A stretch of DNA of 48,659 nucleotides, taken from Pseudonocardia sp. (GTDB taxonomy: Bacteria; Actinomycetota; Actinomycetes; Mycobacteriales; Pseudonocardiaceae). The position numbers and the translations under genes were made by a program. The notes beneath the pieces were generated by a model, which was given only the letters and a program-made list of their open reading frames with translations, was not told where the DNA came from and made no database searches. Shown piece by piece: positions 42,284 through 48,659 of this stretch; within the stretch, counting starts at the first letter, position 1; each line of letters begins with the position of its first letter. The DNA is taken from positions 1 to 48,659 of the forward strand of contig JAQSWF010000004.1 in the NCBI GenBank assembly GCA_029266775.1, written 5' to 3'.

Positions 42284-43798
42284 TCACGCGGTGGTGGCGG
42301 CCCGACCACCCTCGGGTTGGACCGGCGCAGGTGCGTCGGCCGCGTCCAGCGCGTCCTCGGCGTCCTGAACGTCCTGCGCGTCGTCGGCCGACACGACCTG
42401 CGCGTCGCTCACGGCTCCCTCCGCAGCGTCGTCTGCCGCCTCGGCAGCCGGGACCGTCTCGGCCGCGTCGGCGCCCTCCGGGCCGAGCAGGTCGGACAGG
42501 TCGACCGGACGGCCGGAGGCGTCGGTGACCGTCGCGGCGCCCACGGCCGAGATCAACGCCTTGCTGCGCCGCACGTCGGAGAAGATGGCGCCGAGCTGGC
42601 CGGCCTCCTGGACGCGCCGCACGAACTCCTCCGGCGGCATCTGGTACTGCTGAGCCTGGAAGACGATCCGCTCCGTGAGCTCCTCGTCGCTGACCGAGAC
42701 CTCCTCGCGGTCGGCGAGGGCGTCGAGGACCAGGCGGGTCTTCACGTTCCGCTCGGCCTCGGCGCGCGCGTCGGCGTCGAACTCCTCGCGGGTGCTCCCC
42801 TGCTCGCGGAGGACCTCGGCGAACCGCTCCTCGTCGTGGTCGAAGGTGTGGACGGCGTCGTGGAGCCGGCTGTCGACCTCCGCGGCGACGACGGTCTCGG
42901 GCAACGGCACCTCCGTGCCGTCGACGATCGCCTCCAGCACACGGTCGCGGGCCTGGGTGACCTGCTCCATGCGGCGTACGCGCCCGAGCCGCTCGCGCAG
43001 GTCGGCGGTGAGCTCGTCCAGCGAGTCGAACTCGCTGGCCAGCTGGGCGAACTCGTCGTCGGCTGCCGGCAGCTCGCGCTCCTTGACCGCCGTGACCGTC
43101 ACCGTGACATCCGCGTCCTGTCCGGAATGGTCGCCGGCGACGAGCCGGGACGTGAAGGTGCTCGACTCGCCCGCGGACAGACCGCGGACTGCCTCGTCCA
43201 GCCCGTCGATCAGCCCGCCCTGGCCCACCTGGTAGGAGAACCCGGTGGTCGTGGCCTCCTCCACCGGCTCCCCGTTCACGGCCGCCGACAGGTCGAGAAG
43301 CACGAAGTCGTCTTCCCCGGCGGGCCGCTCGACGCCGGTCAGCGTGCCGAAACGGGCGCGGAGGTTGTCAAGCTGCTCGGTGACCTGCTCGTTGGTGACC
43401 TCGATGTCGTCCACGGTCACCGCGATGTCGTCGAAGTCGGGCAGCGTGATCTCCGGGCGGACGTCGACCTCGGCCGTGAACGCCAGGTGGTCGCCGTCCG
43501 CGATCTCGGTGACCTCGATCTCCGGGCGGCCGATCGGGCTGACGGCATCCGCGGTCGAGACGGCCTCGGAGTACTTGACCGGGATCGCGTTGTTGACGAC
43601 CTCGTCGAGCACGACGTCGCGACCCAGGCGCGCCTCCAGGATGCGGGCGGGCGCCTTGCCGGGGCGGAAACCCGGGATCCTGACCTGCTGAGCGATCTTG
43701 CGGTACGCGCGGTCGAAGTCCGGCTTGAGCTCGTCGAAGGGCACCTCGACGTTGATCCGGACGCGCGTCGGGCTCAGGCGCTCGACGGTGCTCTTCAC
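42284..43798 (-). CDS. tig: Trigger factor
   Basis: MKSTVERLSPTRV, PGFRPGKAP, FKBP-like domain, acidic tail; AGGAG RBS. Confidence 0.97.
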   Translation of the reverse strand: MKSTVERLSPTRVRINVEVPFDELKPDFDRAYRKIAQQVRIPGFRPGKAPARILEARLGRDVVLDEVVNNAIPVKYSEAVSTADAVSPIGRPEIEVTEIADGDHLAFTAEVDVRPEITLPDFDDIAVTVDDIEVTNEQVTEQLDNLRARFGTLTGVERPAGEDDFVLLDLSAAVNGEPVEEATTTGFSYQVGQGGLIDGLDEAVRGLSAGESSTFTSRLVAGDHSGQDADVTVTVTAVKERELPAADDEFAQLASEFDSLDELTADLRERLGRVRRMEQVTQARDRVLEAIVDGTEVPLPETVVAAEVDSRLHDAVHTFDHDEERFAEVLREQGSTREEFDADARAEAERNVKTRLVLDALADREEVSVSDEELTERIVFQAQQYQMPPEEFVRRVQEAGQLGAIFSDVRRSKALISAVGAATVTDASGRPVDLSDLLGPEGADAAETVPAAEAADDAAEGAVSDAQVVSADDAQDVQDAEDALDAADAPAPVQPEGGRAATTA

Positions 43799-44106
43799 GG
43801 GGACACTCCTTGCGAACCGGTGCAGCGTGGCCGCGGGGTACCCCGGCCGCGCTGCGGGACTGTCACGCACCGACGAGGGCGGCACGGTACTGCCGCCGAG
43901 TCTAGGCGCACGACCGGTCGGCCCCTCGTGCGGTGCATGCGCCGCAGCTGCGCGCGATATCGGGTCGCCGCGCGCGGCATGGCGCGGGCAGATCCCAGTT
44001 CCGCGGGCAGCTCCTCGATCCGGCGCAGCTCCGTGTATCTCCCGAGGCTCGCCATCCGCGGGGACGCCGCCGTGGGCGAGTGCGCACCCCGCGCGAACAG
44101 CGAGGC

Positions 44107-44925
44107 TCAGCCGCCGCGCGGACGTCGGTCGACGAGCACGCAGTCGCCGCAGATCCCCCCGCCCGGCACGCGGTAGTAGAGGCAGCACGACCGGCGCCGG
44201 AACGTCCACAGCGTGTCGGGCGGCTCCGGCGCGCGGAGGGCCGCGACCGGCGCCAGCGGCGGCGTCGTGAGCAGCCGGTGCGCGACCGTCGCGGCCCGGT
44301 CCCCCAGCGACGGACGGGCCTCGACCACCAGCCGCCGGGCGCTGGCCACCGCCGACGCCGCGTCGCTCCACAGCACCCGCGGCGAGATGGCGACGTGCGC
44401 GCGGACAGCGGCCACCAGCGGCCCCAGCAGCCCGGCCAGCAGGCGCCCGAGATCGCCCCACTCGGCCGGGGCCCCTGCCGGGCCGGCCCACCACAGCCAC
44501 GGCCCGTCGGGGCCGGGCCGCCAGTGCAGAGACGCGGCGACGGTGCCGGGGTCGCGGTCCGGCAACGCGCCGCCGACGACGGTCATGCCGAAGAGCGGCG
44601 CCACGAGCTGTGCTGTCAGGCCCTGGAAAGCCGTCGACGCGGCCACGCGTTCGTCGGTGCCCAGGGCCGCCCGCACCGCCGCGATCCGCGCCGGCAGCGG
44701 GCCGGTAGCTCCCGCCGCGGTGGTCTCCCCACCTGCAGGGCTGCGCCGTGCTCCGCGACGGCGGTGATCCGCAGAACGAGGACGGAGTGACTGGCCGGAC
44801 CACAGCGCCTTGACAGGTACCCAGCCCTCGTCGCACGGTGGCGGCGCCCCGGTGGCGACCGCGAAGAACGGTCCGACTTCCGCGACATCGGCGAAGAGCG
44901 CGGCGACCGGCCGTTCGGCGTCCAC
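44107..44925 (-). CDS. FhuF-like (2Fe-2S)-binding protein
   Basis: C-terminal [20 protein letters not shown]; N-terminal GPFFAV. Start approximate. Confidence 0.85.
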   Translation of the reverse strand: MDAERPVAALFADVAEVGPFFAVATGAPPPCDEGWVPVKALWSGQSLRPRSADHRRRGARRSPAGGETTAAGATGPLPARIAAVRAALGTDERVAASTAFQGLTAQLVAPLFGMTVVGGALPDRDPGTVAASLHWRPGPDGPWLWWAGPAGAPAEWGDLGRLLAGLLGPLVAAVRAHVAISPRVLWSDAASAVASARRLVVEARPSLGDRAATVAHRLLTTPPLAPVAALRAPEPPDTLWTFRRRSCCLYYRVPGGGICGDCVLVDRRPRGG

Positions 44926-45222
44926 CGCCGAAGTGTGGCGCACGCAATCGAGCTGGCGCTTCGTCGGTCGCGCATGCGACTCTTGCAGTGCGAAACCGCC
45001 CGCGATGCTGCGTGCGGCCGGGCACTTCTCCGACCCGACCGTCGTCGACCCCGGCGATCGGCGGATTGCTGGTGCTCCGGAAGTAGCGCAGCCGATCGGG
45101 CACTCGGACACCCTGAGCTCCCCCGATCGGTCGAGGGTATGAGCACAACGGGTGTGGCGGGGACGCGCACCACGTCGTCCCGATGCAGGCGTCGGGGTGC
45201 ATTGAGACGACAGGAGGAACTC

Positions 45223-48200
45223 TTGGCTGCCACGAGCGACCGAGCTGTTGCCGCGACCGCCGGCATGTACTCCCCCGAACAGGAGCACGACGCGTGCGGT
45301 GTGGCGCTGGTGGCCGATCTCACCGGCCGCCGAACCCACGAGATCGTCCGCCGGGGCCTCGCTGCACTCCTGCGCCTCGAGCACCGCGGCGCCCGTGGCG
45401 CCGAGTACAACACCGGCGACGGTGTAGGCATCCTCATCCAGGTCCCGGACGCCTTCCTCCGCGCCGTCGTCGACTTCGACCTGCCGCCGGCCGGGGCGTA
45501 CGCCGTCGGCACCGCGTTCCTGCCGACGGACCCCGACAAGGCCGCGGCAGCCGCCAGGCGCATCGAGGAGTTCGCGGTCGAGGAGAACCTGCGGGTGCTC
45601 GGCTGGCGCGAGCTCCCGACGGACGTGGACAAGGCCGACATCGGCCCGAGCGCACGCGCCGCCATGCCGTCGTTCCGCCAGCTGTTCGTCGCCGCGGCGG
45701 AGTCCGCGGCGGAATTCGCGGCGGAATCCGCGCAGTCCAGCACCGCCCCGGAGGAGAACGGCGCAGGAGGCGCCCCCCTGGCCGGCATCGCCCTCGAGCG
45801 CCGCACGTACTGCCTGCGCAAGCGCAGCGAGCACGAGACCGGCACCTACTTCCCGAGCCTCTCGCCGCGCACGCTGGTCTACAAGGGCATGCTCGCCGAG
45901 CCGCAGCTCGAGGCGTTCTACCCGGAGCTCACGGACGAGCGCATCAGCAGCGCGTTGGCGCTGGTGCACTCCCGCTTCTCCACCAACACGTTCCCGTCCT
46001 GGTCCCTGGCTCACCCGTACCGGTACGTCGCGCACAACGGCGAGATCAACACCCTGCGCGGCAACCGCAACTGGATGGCCGCCCGCGAGGCGCTGCTCGC
46101 CTCGGACCTCATCCCCGGCGACCTGGCGCGGCTCTCGCCGATCGTCACTCCGGACGCGAGCGACTCCGCCACCTTCGACGAGGTGCTCGAGCTGCTGCAC
46201 CTCGGCGGGCGCAGCCTGCCGCACGCCGTGCTCATGATGATCCCCGAGGCGTGGGAGAACCACGGCGAGATGGACCCGGCGCGCCGGGCGTTCTACGAGT
46301 TCCACTCCACGTTGATGGAGCCCTGGGACGGTCCCGCGCTCGTCTCGTTCACCGACGGAACGGTGATCGGCGCCGTCCTGGACCGCAACGGTCTCCGACC
46401 CGCCCGCTGGTGGGTCACCGAAGACGGCCTGGTGGTGCTCGCCTCCGAGGTCGGGGTGCTCGACGTCCCCCCGAGCGCGGTCGTGCGCAAGGGCAGGCTG
46501 GAGCCGGGCCGGATGTTCCTCGTCGACACCGAGGCGGGCCGGATCGTCGACGACGCCGAGGTCAAGGGCGCGCTGGCGGCCGAGCATCCGTACGCGGACT
46601 GGCTGCACGCCGGGATGGTCCACCTCGACGACCTGCCCGCCCGGGAGCGCGAGGTCGTGTCGTCGGCCGCGCTGAACCTGCGGCAGCAGGCGTTCGGCTA
46701 CTCGGAGGAGGAGCTCAACGTCCTCCTCAAGCCGATGGCCGCCGCCGGCGCCGAGCCGATCGGCTCGATGGGCAACGACGCCGCCCTCGCCTTCCTCTCC
46801 AGCCGCCCCCGTGCGCTGTACGACTACTTCACGCAGCTCTTCGCGCAGGTCACGAACCCCCCGCTGGACGCGATCCGCGAGGAGCTGGTCACCTCCCTGA
46901 TCTCTCAGCTCGGCTCGGAGCAGAACCTGCTCACTCCCGGGCCGGCGAGCTGTCGCAAGGTCGTCCTGCCGTTCCCGGTGCTCGGCAACGACGAGCTCGC
47001 GAAGATCATCCACATCAACGACGACGGGGACCATCCCGGGTTCGCCTCGTACATCGTCCGGGGGCTCTTCCCGGCTGCCGAGGGCGGTGCGGGGCTGCGC
47101 CGGCGGCTCGACGAGATCAACGCCGAGGTGTCGGCGGCGATCGAGGAGGGCGCTCGGCTGATCGTGCTGAGCAGCCGCGGCGTGGATGCGGACTGCGCGC
47201 CGATCCCGTCCCTGCTGCTCACCGGTGCGGTGCACCAGCACCTGGTCCGCGAACGCACCCGCACGCGGGTCGGGCTGATCGCCGAGGCCGGCGACGCGCG
47301 CGAGGTGCACCACATCTCCCTTCTGCTGGGCTACGGCGCCGCCGCCGTGAACCCCTACCTCGCCATGGCCACCGTCGGCGACCTCGCCGCCCGCGGCGAC
47401 ATGCCCGGGGTCGACCCGGAGACCGCCGCGAAGAACCTGGTCAAGGCGCTCGGCAAGGGCGTGCGCAAGACCATGTCGAAGATGGGCGTCTCGACCGTCG
47501 CGTCCTACACCGGCGCGCAGATCTTCGAGGCCGTTGGGCTCGGCCGGGACGTGATCGACTCCTGCTTCACGGGCACGTCATCGCGTCTCGGCGGCGTCGG
47601 GTTCGACGTCCTGGCCGAGGAGGTGCTGGCCCACCACCGGCGTGCCTTCCCCGCAGACGGCGTCCGGCCGAACCACCGCTCGCTCGTCACCGGCGGTGAG
47701 TACCAGTGGCGCCGTGAGGGCGAGATCCACCTGTTCAATCCGCAGACGGTGTTCCGCCTGCAGCACTCCACCCGCCAGGGCCGCTACGACGTCTTCAAGC
47801 AGTACACGAAGGACGTCGACGAGCAGGCACAGCGCCTAGCCACCCTCCGCGGGCTCTTCCGGTTCCGCACGGGCGTGCGTCCGCCTGTGCCTATCGACGA
47901 GGTGGAGCCGGTCGAGTCGATCGTCACCCGGTTCGGCACGGGCGCGATCTCCTACGGCTCGATCTCGCAGGAGATGCACGAGACGCTCGCGATCGCGATG
48001 AACCGCCTCGGCGGGCGCAGCAACACCGGTGAGGGCGGCGAAGACTCGGACCGCTACACCCCCGACCCGAACGGCGACTCCCGGCGCAGTGCGGTCAAGC
48101 AGGTGGCGTCCGGTCGGTTCGGCGTCACCAGCGAGTACCTCGTCAACGCGGACGACCTGCAGATCAAGATCTCGCAGGGGGCGAAGCCCGGCGAGGGCGG

Positions 48201-48659
48201 CCAGCTGCCCGGGGCGAAGGTGTATCCGTGGATCGCCAAGACCCGGCACTCCACGCCAGGGGTCGGCCTGATCTCACCGCCGCCGCACCACGACATCTAC
48301 TCGATCGAAGATATCAAGCAGCTCATCCACGACCTCAAGAACGCTAACCCGAAGGCCCGCGTGCACGTGAAGCTGGTCAGCGAGCTCGGGGTCGGGACGG
48401 TCGCCGCGGGCGTGGCGAAGGCGTACTCCGATGTGGTGCTCATCTCGGGGCACGACGGTGGCACCGGCGCTTCACCGCTGAGCTCGATCAAGCACGCCGG
48501 CGCACCGTGGGAGCTCGGCCTGGCCGAGACGCAGCAGACCCTGCTGGTCAACGGCCTGCGAGACCGGATCGTCGTGCAGACGGACGGCCAGCTCAAGACC
48601 GGGCGGGACGTCGTCATCGCGGCGCTGCTCGGCGCCGAGGAGTTCGGCTTCGCCACCGC
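45223..48659 (+). CDS. gltB: Glutamate synthase large subunit, runs off the window
   Basis: TTG after AGGAGG; [66 protein letters not shown]. Absent from the ORF track because it has no stop in the window. Confidence 0.97.
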   Translation, partial: MAATSDRAVAATAGMYSPEQEHDACGVALVADLTGRRTHEIVRRGLAALLRLEHRGARGAEYNTGDGVGILIQVPDAFLRAVVDFDLPPAGAYAVGTAFLPTDPDKAAAAARRIEEFAVEENLRVLGWRELPTDVDKADIGPSARAAMPSFRQLFVAAAESAAEFAAESAQSSTAPEENGAGGAPLAGIALERRTYCLRKRSEHETGTYFPSLSPRTLVYKGMLAEPQLEAFYPELTDERISSALALVHSRFSTNTFPSWSLAHPYRYVAHNGEINTLRGNRNWMAAREALLASDLIPGDLARLSPIVTPDASDSATFDEVLELLHLGGRSLPHAVLMMIPEAWENHGEMDPARRAFYEFHSTLMEPWDGPALVSFTDGTVIGAVLDRNGLRPARWWVTEDGLVVLASEVGVLDVPPSAVVRKGRLEPGRMFLVDTEAGRIVDDAEVKGALAAEHPYADWLHAGMVHLDDLPAREREVVSSAALNLRQQAFGYSEEELNVLLKPMAAAGAEPIGSMGNDAALAFLSSRPRALYDYFTQLFAQVTNPPLDAIREELVTSLISQLGSEQNLLTPGPASCRKVVLPFPVLGNDELAKIIHINDDGDHPGFASYIVRGLFPAAEGGAGLRRRLDEINAEVSAAIEEGARLIVLSSRGVDADCAPIPSLLLTGAVHQHLVRERTRTRVGLIAEAGDAREVHHISLLLGYGAAAVNPYLAMATVGDLAARGDMPGVDPETAAKNLVKALGKGVRKTMSKMGVSTVASYTGAQIFEAVGLGRDVIDSCFTGTSSRLGGVGFDVLAEEVLAHHRRAFPADGVRPNHRSLVTGGEYQWRREGEIHLFNPQTVFRLQHSTRQGRYDVFKQYTKDVDEQAQRLATLRGLFRFRTGVRPPVPIDEVEPVESIVTRFGTGAISYGSISQEMHETLAIAMNRLGGRSNTGEGGEDSDRYTPDPNGDSRRSAVKQVASGRFGVTSEYLVNADDLQIKISQGAKPGEGGQLPGAKVYPWIAKTRHSTPGVGLISPPPHHDIYSIEDIKQLIHDLKNANPKARVHVKLVSELGVGTVAAGVAKAYSDVVLISGHDGGTGASPLSSIKHAGAPWELGLAETQQTLLVNGLRDRIVVQTDGQLKTGRDVVIAALLGAEEFGFAT
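45694..45729 (+). repeat. In-frame 12-bp tandem repeat x3 within gltB
   Basis: GCGGCGGAGTCC GCGGCGGAATTC GCGGCGGAATCC, encoding [12 protein letters not shown]. Confidence 0.7.

Noticed and set aside
42284-45202. 972-aa extended trigger factor
   Set aside because: The true start is GTG 43798 with an RBS; the upstream part is an off-frame read through the FhuF-like gene.
44107-47313. 1068-aa FhuF fusion
   Set aside because: The N-terminal part is antisense to gltB; only about the last 270 aa are credible.
45183-47699. 838-aa plus-strand ORF
   Set aside because: Arg/Pro-rich off-frame read; gltB is in the frame starting at 45223.

Overview
GC-rich actinobacterial DNA; gene order and intergenic repeats suggest a Pseudonocardia-like organism (inference). 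The left part (about 1-27 kb, open at the left edge) is accessory. It encodes USP, Nudix, DUF2252, amphi-Trp, an atypical zwf, an MFS transporter, a GH63-like glycosidase, a deletion-scarred glgX/GH15/cydA stretch, cydB and DUF3040. It also holds four MalT-like (STAND NTPase + LuxR HTH) regulators and two paralogous small ACT-like proteins. A 17-bp palindrome, TCAYCY-N5-RGRTGA, recurs in these intergenic regions, in several cases 22-23 nt upstream of a NANNNT hexamer, which points to an apparently uncharacterised activator regulon. The right part (27-48.7 kb) is housekeeping: ABC exporter, ndk, folC, valS, OFA-type MFS, clpX-clpP2-clpP1-tig and the start of gltB. Several single-base frameshifts at short G/C runs look like sequencing errors. 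No rRNA, tRNA, CRISPR, integrase or transposase was recognised. All family calls come from motif recognition by eye, not database searches.
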